Source: Rhodospirillales bacterium
Lineage (GTDB): Bacteria > Pseudomonadota > Alphaproteobacteria > Rhodospirillales > JAPHRK01
Direction of reading: 5' to 3'
Length of the DNA stretch: 64,000 nucleotides
Assembly (NCBI GenBank): GCA_026196105.1
Contig: JAPHRK010000035.1
Location: 2,341-66,340, forward strand
Position numbers and translations under genes: made by a program. Numbering within the stretch: position 1 is the stretch's first letter; every line of letters starts with the position of its first letter. Positions 55,968 through 64,000 of this stretch are shown here, piece by piece. The notes beneath the pieces are model-generated. The model did no database searches, was not told the origin of the DNA, and saw only the letters and a list, made by a program, of their open reading frames with translations.

Positions 55968-58625
55968 CTAAGGTGTCTTACCAAGAGCTTTATTCAACGC
56001 CGCCATTAAAGTTGGAACTTCAATAGGTTTGGCAAGGTAATCAACAAACCCAGCATCCAATCCTTTACGAATTGTCTCGGGCATAACATCAGCACTTAAT
56101 GCCAGTATCGGCACTGTGGACATTTCTTTTTTTGCCTTCAATAAAGTCAGCAAATCTATACCGCTCATTCCTGGCAAGTTAATATCAAGAATAATAATAT
56201 CAAATTTAATATTCTTTGTAATAACGAGGGCGACTTCTGCTGAAAAAGCTGAAACCATAACCAACCCTGGAATACCACTGACAATCATTTCCATTAGAGC
56301 AAGGTTTGAAGCGTTATCTTCAACATAAAGTAGCCGAGCCACATCTTCGTCACTATCAACAACAAATTCAACAGGGGCAGATTTAGTATTCTCTAAGCTA
56401 TCAATCAATTGGTCTGTTTTATTGGAGATAGGGAATTCAAACCAAAAAGTAGCCCCCTCACCTTGAGCGCTAACAACACCAATATGACCATTCATTTCTT
56501 CCACGAGATTTTTAGTCAAAGCGAGGCCAATTCCCGTCCCTTCAACTCCAGATTTTTCAGCTCCAAGGCGGTTAAAGGGATGGAAAAGTTGTGCTTGAAG
56601 TTCGGTAGGAATTCCTTGCCCCGTATCTGAAATATTTATTTGCAACCATTCTTGATTGACCACTACCGGCTTAATTCTCACCTCTCCATTTTCTCTATTG
56701 TACTTCACAGCATTAGATAGAAGGTTAAGCATAGCTTGCTTTACGCGGAGGGGATCAGCAAAAATTCTAACTGGGCTTGGAAGGCCTTCAATTATTATCG
56801 TAATATTTTTACCTTTTGCCATTGGCATAATCGTTGAGCTGCAATCCTCAATCAACGAAGCGACATCTACCTCTTCAATCTCGACATCTAGCTTTCCAAC
56901 TTCAATTTTTGCCAGATCAAGAACCTGATCAATTAAATCTAGAAGATGCTTCCCACCATTCATAATATGATTAAGGGATTTTTTCTGAATATCTTTCTCA
57001 GGAGCCAACTCCATCATTTGAGCAAACCCTAGAATTGCATTTAAAGGGGTACGCAATTCATGGCTCATATTAGACAGAAATTCAGATTTTGCTGTATTCG
57101 CGGCTTGGGCTTGTTCTGAAATTTTCGCCAACTCTCTTTCATGGTTTTTACGATCAGTAATGTCCGTTACCATGGCAAACGAACCATCTTTATTTCCCTG
57201 TGCGTCGTAATATGGATTAGCATTAAAGAGGCACGGAACCTTGTTACCGTCAGGATGGCTCAACTCAATTTCATAAACCCCCTTCTCTCCTAATTGGCGA
57301 CTATTTATTTGCTTTTTAAAAAGCTCTTTATTTCTGTTATCGACAAAAGAATACACTGATTGGCCAATTATTTGATCCTGTGTTCGCCCAAGGATCGCAC
57401 ACATAGCTGGATTAACTTGTTTGGTTATTGCCTCATTATCTACAAGCCAAAACCCCTCATTAGCAGTTTCAATAATGGACCTGATTTTTAATTCGCTTTC
57501 TTTTAAATTTTCAACAAGTTGTTGCTGCTTGCTTTGGTATCGGTAGAAAACAAATATGAGGAGATACAAGAAAAGAAGAAGCAAGCCAGTCCCACCAAAA
57601 ATGATTTTGCGGTTACTATTAAGCTGCACAAATGCTTCCTCCGCATCCGTCTCAGTGGCAATACCAAATTGAAGTTTATCATTCCATGCCCAAGCACCAA
57701 CAACCTTCACCCCCCGATAATCATTGTAAGGCTCTAATGAAATACCATCCAAACCTTTTATTGCTTGCTGCGCCATATAGGTTAAGGGTTGTTGATCTCT
57801 TTCAATCATTGGAGCCTTGCCGACAACAAGTTTTTCTCCGGGGTCTTTAAGCTGAACAATTAGATCTGAGTGATGCCCATCACCAAGAAGATCAAGTTTT
57901 TTTAGAAATGATAAAAAACGACTTTCACTGATCAAAAAGCCCTCTTTATTGAAGGCATAAGATTCACCGCTTTTGCCAAATTGACCTTGGCTTAACATAT
58001 TTGAAAAAACATTATCAGGGTCGATACGTAATGTTAAAATTGCTATAATTTGGCCATCGTGACCCCAAATAGGGGTGCCAATAAAAAAGGTCGCCAACCC
58101 ATCAACCATTTCACCTAGATAATCCAGTAAAGGAACATCTGATTTTTGTGGTAGGCTATGAGTAGTTTCACCATTCCGCACTCGTTTTAAAAAATCTGGT
58201 TGTTTAGCTAAAAGGCTTTTAATGCCGACATTTGCATCTCTCGAAGAAGCTAAGTTAATGTTATCTGGTGAGATAATGAAAAAACCTCGATAACCAACAC
58301 TTGATAACAAAGGACGAAACAACTCCCTCAACTCTTTTTGAGCAGGGGAATTCAAAAGTGATTCTGGTGTCCTTGGTGTTGCTAAAAGGGCAGTAGCTGC
58401 TTCACGAATATTTGCCATAGCAGCCCAGGCTCTAACATCATCGTTCTGTGTTTTATAGGTTAAATTAATTGCGTGATGTGCCCCATCTAGAGCAGCTTTG
58501 AGAGTCTTTTCCACATCTTCTTTTATTTGATCCTCAGACCAAGATTTCACAACCCAGGATACAGCAACAATAAAAATTGTACTGGAAACAAACAAAAATA
58601 GAATATAAAGCCGCAAAGACTTCAT
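55968..58625 (-). CDS. hybrid sensor histidine kinase / response regulator
   Basis: TM1, a periplasmic Cache-like domain of about 300 aa, TM2, a PAS domain, the H-box SHELRTPLNAILGF, HATPase motifs, and a C-terminal REC domain (DIIILDINLPGMSG). Confidence 0.92.
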   Translation of the reverse strand: MKSLRLYILFLFVSSTIFIVAVSWVVKSWSEDQIKEDVEKTLKAALDGAHHAINLTYKTQNDDVRAWAAMANIREAATALLATPRTPESLLNSPAQKELRELFRPLLSSVGYRGFFIISPDNINLASSRDANVGIKSLLAKQPDFLKRVRNGETTHSLPQKSDVPLLDYLGEMVDGLATFFIGTPIWGHDGQIIAILTLRIDPDNVFSNMLSQGQFGKSGESYAFNKEGFLISESRFLSFLKKLDLLGDGHHSDLIVQLKDPGEKLVVGKAPMIERDQQPLTYMAQQAIKGLDGISLEPYNDYRGVKVVGAWAWNDKLQFGIATETDAEEAFVQLNSNRKIIFGGTGLLLLFLYLLIFVFYRYQSKQQQLVENLKESELKIRSIIETANEGFWLVDNEAITKQVNPAMCAILGRTQDQIIGQSVYSFVDNRNKELFKKQINSRQLGEKGVYEIELSHPDGNKVPCLFNANPYYDAQGNKDGSFAMVTDITDRKNHERELAKISEQAQAANTAKSEFLSNMSHELRTPLNAILGFAQMMELAPEKDIQKKSLNHIMNGGKHLLDLIDQVLDLAKIEVGKLDVEIEEVDVASLIEDCSSTIMPMAKGKNITIIIEGLPSPVRIFADPLRVKQAMLNLLSNAVKYNRENGEVRIKPVVVNQEWLQINISDTGQGIPTELQAQLFHPFNRLGAEKSGVEGTGIGLALTKNLVEEMNGHIGVVSAQGEGATFWFEFPISNKTDQLIDSLENTKSAPVEFVVDSDEDVARLLYVEDNASNLALMEMIVSGIPGLVMVSAFSAEVALVITKNIKFDIIILDINLPGMSGIDLLTLLKAKKEMSTVPILALSADVMPETIRKGLDAGFVDYLAKPIEVPTLMAALNKALGKTP

Positions 58626-59042
58626 TAATAAGATACCATCATTTATATATTTTTATTCTAAACAACTACAATTACATACATGAAATATGTATAAATGTGG
58701 ATAAGAACTACCCATTATTTACAAGCACACAATATTATATCAACATAACAATAAAAAAATACTTTATCCAATAATAGAAGCGAACACCTCTAAAAAATTG
58801 GGCAAAAGATCATTACATTAATTTTTACACCTTACAGTTTCATTCTAAATTCAAATATACTCTATCCTTCTTATGCCAGTTAATTTTACACATAGGGATG
58901 GCAGCAACAATTTACAGGGTGTTTTTTTTGATTATTCCACGTATATTTTTCATGAAACTAAAACACTATAGGCGATATTAATTTTCTAATCTTTCAAACC
59001 ATCTAACTTGGCAAGATGAATCACAGAGGTAGGTTGAGAATT

Positions 59043-59459
59043 ATGACACATTGGCTTTTTCCAGCTAACACTAAATTCTATGATGTCTTTGGTGCTTTCC
59101 AACAAGATGAAACCTACTGGCCCCTGAATGCAAAAGTTGCACAAGGCGATGTGGTTTATATTTATCTTGCAGCCCCCCACAAGCAGATTGGTTATATATG
59201 CGATGTTTTGGAAATCGGCCTCACCCTTAAAAGTATCTTGGCAAATATTGAACCTTTAATGAAAGGTCCTATCGACAGCAAGAAAGAGCCTAAATCTTTC
59301 ATGAAACTTCGTACTATAGAATCTTTGGAATTAACGCCCGATAATCTACTCGGCTATACCCACCTTAAGGCCAACGGTTTAAACGGTATGTTGATGGGGC
59401 CACGAAAACTTGAAAACAACCCGACCCTTCTTGATTACATCAAAGGAGTTTTATCATGA
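59043..59459 (+). CDS. PUA-like / EVE-like domain protein (uncertain)
   Basis: MTHWLFPANTKFYDVFGAF...WPLNAKVAQGDVVYIYLAAPHKQIGYICDV follows the pattern of stand-alone bacterial EVE/PUA-like proteins as I recall them. ATG 59043 is preferred over 59016. Confidence 0.45.
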   Translation: MTHWLFPANTKFYDVFGAFQQDETYWPLNAKVAQGDVVYIYLAAPHKQIGYICDVLEIGLTLKSILANIEPLMKGPIDSKKEPKSFMKLRTIESLELTPDNLLGYTHLKANGLNGMLMGPRKLENNPTLLDYIKGVLS

Positions 59460-59770
59460 GCTACGAAGATGCCGTTAATAAAGTAGCCTTAGAACCCGGC
59501 GTAGAACATTCTACCATGATGAAATCCCCTTGCCTTAGGTATAAAGGTGACTTCATTGCAATGATGTTTGAAAAAGCTGACGCCTTGATAATTAAGGTCA
59601 GCCCTGAACGTGTGAATGAGTTAATTGGCAACGGTAACGGCTTAGAATTTAATTTCACCAAAAAACGTTTCAAAGAGTGGGTTCTCATACCACTGGAATA
59701 TCAGGATGAGTATGAAAATTATATCCGCGAAGCTTTAAAATATGCACAGGGAAAGAAAGCTAAAGACTAA
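59456..59770 (+). CDS. small protein, YjbR/TfoX-N-like (uncertain)
   Basis: 104 aa with an ATGA overlap onto the previous gene. MMKSPCLRYKGDFIAMMFEKADALIIKVSPERVNEL resembles the MmcQ/YjbR or TfoX N-terminal pattern, at low certainty. Confidence 0.4.
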   Translation: MSYEDAVNKVALEPGVEHSTMMKSPCLRYKGDFIAMMFEKADALIIKVSPERVNELIGNGNGLEFNFTKKRFKEWVLIPLEYQDEYENYIREALKYAQGKKAKD

Positions 59771-59939
59771 ACAGGCAATTAAACTCTTAGTTCAAAAAAA
59801 CAACTTCGATTTTACCTCGTCACGCCCACATGTAACCTTTATTATGCTGAGACAGTAAGAACACAAGCTGAGGCAGCTGCTTTCCTGAAGCAAAAAAATA
59901 ACTTTGCGGAGGTAGCATGAGGAAAAACAGGGGGAAATA

Positions 59940-62090
59940 GTGCTACGTCCTGATGAGATTAAGTACAAAGTTTTATTCGAGCAATCTGCCGATGCGATGC
60001 TTATTATTGATGGGGAACAATTTGTCGACTGTAATCAGGCGACCTTGAAAATGCTTGGCTATACCAAGCGCGAAGAATTATTTTCAACCCATCCATCTAA
60101 ATTATCACCAGAGTTTCAGCCTGACGGGCAAAGTTCATTCGACAAAGCGAACGAGATGATCTCGATTGCTGCCAAAAATGGTAGCAATCGTTTTGAGTGG
60201 ATACATACTCGTGCCAATGGAGAGAACTTTCCTGTCGAAGTATTGCTTACAACTATTCCTTATGAAGGACGTGACCTGATTCATGTAGTTTGGCGTGACA
60301 TTACCAAACGAAAAAAATCTGAACAGGAAAATGAGGATAAAGAAAACCTTCTGACACAAATTATCCAAGGATGCCCTGTTCCCATGTTCGTCATCGACAA
60401 AGAACATAAGGTTACACACTGGAACAAAGCTTGCGAAGCAATCATTGGCACTCCTGCTGAGAGTGTTATTGGCACAACAAACCAATGGAGCGGATTTTAT
60501 AAAAGCCAGAGACCTGTCCTTGCTGACCTTATTATGGACGGAAAAGTAGATCGCTTACCGGATTTATATAAAGGTATCTGGTCAGAATCTCCGCTTATTT
60601 CTGGTGCCTGGGAAGCAACCGACCATTTCCCAAATTTCAAAAACGGCGCTCGATGGCTCTATTTCACCGCAGCCCCTCTTCAAGACAAAAACGGGGGTAT
60701 TATTGGTGCTGTGGAAACACTCCAGGATATAACCGAACAAAAGAAATATGAGACCGAACTGGAGCATCAGGCTAATCATGATAACCTAACGGGGATACCT
60801 AATCGGAACCTATTTGTTGACCGCCTAAAGCAAGCTATTGCCCATGCCAAAAGAGAACAAATCCTCTTAGCTGTTCTCTTTTTTGACCTTGATGATTTTA
60901 AAACCGTCAATGACACCCTTGGTCATAATATCGGCGATAAATTACTCAAAGAAGTTGCCCATCGTCTCCAACAAAACATCCGAACAGGGGATACCTTAGC
61001 ACGCATTGGTGGGGATGAATTTGTTGTCCTGCTTTTCGGCCCTAAGGACGAGGACCATGTAACCGATATCACAAGACGGATTATCGCCGAATTATCAAAT
61101 GTTATTGATTTAGGCGACCACGATCTTCGTGTGAGATCAAGTATCGGTATCTCCCTTTACCCACAAGACGGAACGGACCCTGACACCCTTCTAAAACATG
61201 CAGACGCGGCGATGTATCATGCCAAATCCCGCAGTAATGGCGGGATGAGTTTCTTCACCCAAAATCTAAATGAACGCGCTGTCAAACGCCTTGAGATCGA
61301 ACAAGGTCTCTACGAAGCTATTGAGAAAGATCAGTTTGAACTTCATTATCAACCTCTTTTTAACCTATCAAGGGGTGAGCTTGAAGGCGCAGAGGCCTTA
61401 ATCCGCTGGCGACACCCAGAGCGAGGTTTAATCCCTCCCGGTGATTTTATTGAAATTGCCGAACAAACAGGCCTCATCATTCCTATCGGCGATTGGGTTT
61501 TACGGACCGCCCTGAAAGAAGCTCGAGCTTGGTTTGAAGAGTTTGGAAAAACATTGAGAATTTCTGTCAATGTGTCAGCCAAGCAATTCCAAAGTAATGC
61601 AATCTTAAAATCAATGCGCGCCCTGTTTAAAGAGTTTGGAACTAGTTATCTAGACCTTGAGCTTGAAGTAACAGAATCTATCGTTATGAAGAATCCGGAA
61701 AGTGCTGAAGCTATGTTACTTGAGCTCAAAGAAATGGGGGCCCGTCTAGCAATGGATGATTTTGGCACAGGATACTCAAGCCTTGCTTACCTCCGTCGTT
61801 TCCCCTTCGATATGGTAAAAATTGATCGCGCTTTCATCACTGATCTTGGCTCAAATGCAGAGGCAGAGGCAATCGTGCGCGCCATGCTGGATTTAGGTAC
61901 AGCTCTAGGATTACGCATGGTCGCTGAAGGCGTGGAGACCGAAAAACAACTCTCTTTCTTAAAACAAGAACGCTGTCATGAAGTCCAAGGGTATTACCTC
62001 TCCCATCCCATTGATAGAACCGACTTCCGTGCCCTATTAGAAAAAGGAAGGCACATTACTCTACAAGATAACAGCGCAATAATGATTTGA
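59940..62090 (+). CDS. PAS-PAS-GGDEF-EAL signalling protein
   Basis: GTG start. GGDEF is intact (RIGGDEFVVL), as are the EAL motifs EALIRW, DDFGTGYSSL, KIDRAF and EGVET. Both domains are potentially active. Confidence 0.92.
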   Translation: MLRPDEIKYKVLFEQSADAMLIIDGEQFVDCNQATLKMLGYTKREELFSTHPSKLSPEFQPDGQSSFDKANEMISIAAKNGSNRFEWIHTRANGENFPVEVLLTTIPYEGRDLIHVVWRDITKRKKSEQENEDKENLLTQIIQGCPVPMFVIDKEHKVTHWNKACEAIIGTPAESVIGTTNQWSGFYKSQRPVLADLIMDGKVDRLPDLYKGIWSESPLISGAWEATDHFPNFKNGARWLYFTAAPLQDKNGGIIGAVETLQDITEQKKYETELEHQANHDNLTGIPNRNLFVDRLKQAIAHAKREQILLAVLFFDLDDFKTVNDTLGHNIGDKLLKEVAHRLQQNIRTGDTLARIGGDEFVVLLFGPKDEDHVTDITRRIIAELSNVIDLGDHDLRVRSSIGISLYPQDGTDPDTLLKHADAAMYHAKSRSNGGMSFFTQNLNERAVKRLEIEQGLYEAIEKDQFELHYQPLFNLSRGELEGAEALIRWRHPERGLIPPGDFIEIAEQTGLIIPIGDWVLRTALKEARAWFEEFGKTLRISVNVSAKQFQSNAILKSMRALFKEFGTSYLDLELEVTESIVMKNPESAEAMLLELKEMGARLAMDDFGTGYSSLAYLRRFPFDMVKIDRAFITDLGSNAEAEAIVRAMLDLGTALGLRMVAEGVETEKQLSFLKQERCHEVQGYYLSHPIDRTDFRALLEKGRHITLQDNSAIMI

Positions 62091-62201
62091 CCCCATTGAT
62101 CTAATTTCACAGGTACTTCGTGGGAGATATAAGCAGGGTGCAGCAAACGTATGGGAGCCGAACCCATACCGAATAGCAAACTGTAGCAACAACAAAGTAC
62201 T

Positions 62202-62438
62202 TTAGTGGATTAAACCACTCTTTTGTCCATGTTCAATTTGAGCTTCAATCACATGAAGCTTGGTAGTCAAATGCCTGTGGGTTTTGGGGGAAAGGTCTTC
62301 GTTTTCAAGTTTCTGGCGCAACTTATCAGCTTTCTTTTCCAGCTTTGCTGTCAGGGTCTTCATCGCATCTTTTATGCGATCATGGTCGACAAGATGTTCA
62401 TCTTTACCCAAATCATGAAAAAGCACTCCAATACCCAT
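62202..62438 (-). CDS. small hypothetical coiled-coil protein
   Basis: 78 aa with a strong AGGAGG Shine-Dalgarno about 6 nt upstream of the ATG. No family recognised. Confidence 0.55.
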   Translation of the reverse strand: MGIGVLFHDLGKDEHLVDHDRIKDAMKTLTAKLEKKADKLRQKLENEDLSPKTHRHLTTKLHVIEAQIEHGQKSGLIH

Positions 62439-62563
62439 CTTTTTCCTCCTACCAAAGGGGCTTTTTTCTCTTAATTTCCTTTAACCCCAAGAAAAATATG
62501 TAACCTAATATGCTATTGAAAATTTACCCTATATTAATTAGCTCTGAGCGTCGTTGATCAAAG

Positions 62564-62577
62564 TCATGTTTAGCCAC
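62564..62577. promoter_or_regulatory. weak FNR-type box candidate
   Basis: TTGATcaaaGTCAT is an 8/10 match to TTGAT-N4-ATCAA. It lies ~125-140 bp upstream of the small ORF start at 62438. Confidence 0.3.
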
Positions 62578-62585
62578 AGTTCTGA

Positions 62586-62619
62586 CACACAAAAGCCTCC
62601 CGGAGAACTCCGAGAGGCT
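62586..62619 (-). terminator. candidate rho-independent terminator of the cd1 gene
   Basis: Minus strand reads AGCCTCTCGGAG-tt-CTCCGGGAGGCT, a 12-bp stem with 1 mismatch, then TTTGTGTGT. It lies 24 nt after the stop. Confidence 0.55.
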
Positions 62620-62642
62620 TCTGAAAAAATGTCCTAGCGAAG

Positions 62643-64000
62643 CTAGTGGCTAGTGCCTTCTTCGTAGGTAATTTTGTTATAGACGTTGTATTTACCCACG
62701 GGTTTTTTCATGGGGATACGTTTAACTTCCTCAAAAGTTTTTGCATCATAAACTACCAATGCGCCGTCGTGTTCCCACACCGACACCAACACATGGCTGC
62801 CGTTTTTAGTGAACTCCACATGGGCATTGGTTTTGCCTGGGGCAGGATTGATGGTTTTGACAATTTCAAGGGTCTTTTTGTCGATAACGTGCAGCAGATC
62901 TTTATGTGGCCCAAAAAAGACATCCACCCAAGCGTAAGGACTGTTCTTATGGCTGCGCATAAAGAATCCAGGGCCTTTGGTTTTGATCTTTTTAACCGTC
63001 TTCCAAGTATCCATATCGATTACACTGACCACCCCGCCTTTAATATGCGGAGTTGCCATAAGGGTTTGTTCGCCGCGCTTCCAATAGATGCCAGAACCGA
63101 GATGGGGCATACTTTCTAGTTCCAAGTCACCCGCTTTTCGCCGGGCATCCAGATTAAAGACCATGCCTTTTTTGCTATTTCGCGCCGCGCCAATAACTTC
63201 GGAGTAAGATGCATCAAAAAAGAAATCTTCCATATAGTCCGGTACCTCTATACGGCGAATACCAAAGGGCTGTTCATATTCCACGATGGCTTCAAGTTGA
63301 TCCTTGCGATAATTATGGACAAAGTTGCCATAAACCGGCTCCGCATTAGGGTCCCAGGAAAGCTCCCAAATCTCTTTGATATCTTTCAGGGCAACAATGA
63401 AGCTATCCCGTGGAGGGGCCGCGTAGACCGCGGAAACTCTTGAAGTATTTCCTTTTCTATCCGCAACGGGGATGTACTTTACGGGTGTTAAATCATTGGC
63501 ATTGAGAACGACCAAGGAATGAGGAAGATAATTCCCCGCCATGACATATTTGCCATCAGCAGAAACCGCAATGTTACGGGTGTTAATCCCAACACGAACC
63601 TCAGCTATGGTTTCGAAGTTATGCAGGTCGTGCATCGATACCCAGCCGTCCCGGGTCGCGAGATAAACAAAGCGTCCATCAGGAGAATATTTTGCCCCGC
63701 CATGGAGGGTAAACCGAGTAGCAAACCGCCAGAGAGGTTCAAACTTATCACCATCAAGGATCGTCACATGGTGATCGCCACCTTCAACCACCGTGAACAG
63801 GTTCATAGGGTCGGCTTTATGTTGGGGTGTTGTCGGCAAAGTAGACGGATCAACCATGACATCATGGGTGTCTTTAATTTGCGCCATGCTCCAGGTTGGC
63901 ACCTGAGCTAAGGGCTTATAAATGTAGGCAATCAGGGCATCCACTTGCTCTTTGTTCAGTCGATCAGCAAAACCTTCCATCTGGGTTGCCGGGCGTCCTT
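62643..64000 (-). CDS. cytochrome cd1 family protein, NirN-like (5' end outside window)
   Basis: The reading frame is open to the window edge (..GRPATQMEGFADRLNKEQVDALIAYIY is the end of a cytochrome c domain). An eight-bladed beta-propeller d1 domain follows, ending GKYNVYNKITYEEGTSH. The position matching the first distal His of NirS (FLHDGG) reads EDFFFD. Confidence 0.82.
   Translation of the reverse strand, partial: GRPATQMEGFADRLNKEQVDALIAYIYKPLAQVPTWSMAQIKDTHDVMVDPSTLPTTPQHKADPMNLFTVVEGGDHHVTILDGDKFEPLWRFATRFTLHGGAKYSPDGRFVYLATRDGWVSMHDLHNFETIAEVRVGINTRNIAVSADGKYVMAGNYLPHSLVVLNANDLTPVKYIPVADRKGNTSRVSAVYAAPPRDSFIVALKDIKEIWELSWDPNAEPVYGNFVHNYRKDQLEAIVEYEQPFGIRRIEVPDYMEDFFFDASYSEVIGAARNSKKGMVFNLDARRKAGDLELESMPHLGSGIYWKRGEQTLMATPHIKGGVVSVIDMDTWKTVKKIKTKGPGFFMRSHKNSPYAWVDVFFGPHKDLLHVIDKKTLEIVKTINPAPGKTNAHVEFTKNGSHVLVSVWEHDGALVVYDAKTFEEVKRIPMKKPVGKYNVYNKITYEEGTSH

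Noticed and set aside
58626-59015. AT-rich spacer inspected for CRISPR repeats, IS ends, att-like direct repeats or a tRNA
   Set aside because: I could find no repeated unit, no terminal inverted repeats and no tRNA-like sequence by eye. Only short ORFs of 32 codons or fewer are present.

Overview
This is a gene-dense chromosomal segment, roughly mid-40s % GC by eye. Gene content suggests a marine, facultatively anaerobic or denitrifying alphaproteobacterium: split pntAA, DctBD plus a TRAP transporter, an ELM1 homologue and a cd1-type nir gene at the right edge. That taxonomic guess is inference only. I call about 50 protein-coding genes on both strands. I saw no rRNA, tRNA, CRISPR array, transposase, integrase or phage gene, so the window looks like core genome rather than an obvious accessory island. 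Metabolic genes include pntAA, pyruvate kinase, an indolepyruvate:ferredoxin oxidoreductase-family enzyme, a FAD-linked oxidase, crotonase and SDR enzymes, hemN, two cyclophilins, PepF and an S41 protease. Transport genes include dctPQM, an AEC permease and an RND pump with its adaptor. Signalling genes are unusually dense: five histidine kinases plus one decayed kinase fragment, DctD, an MCP with a duplicated CHASE3 sensor, a CheZ-like phosphatase, an HD-GYP protein, a PAS-GGDEF-EAL protein, and Crp-, LysR- and ArsR-type regulators. The best candidate for an under-described system is an operon at 53.1-55.9 kb preceded by an FNR-type box. It encodes a DUF1858/DUF2249-like protein, a 12-TM membrane protein and a hemerythrin, and it lies near a NirN-like cd1 gene. 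Second is the dct locus: the DctD-like activator reads GAFHGA instead of GAFTGA, and I could not find a -24/-12 promoter upstream of dctP despite a convincing paired upstream site. All family assignments come from motif recognition by eye, with no BLAST or HMM run, so treat them as hypotheses. Start codons were adjusted by hand in several places. ORF coordinates include the stop codon.
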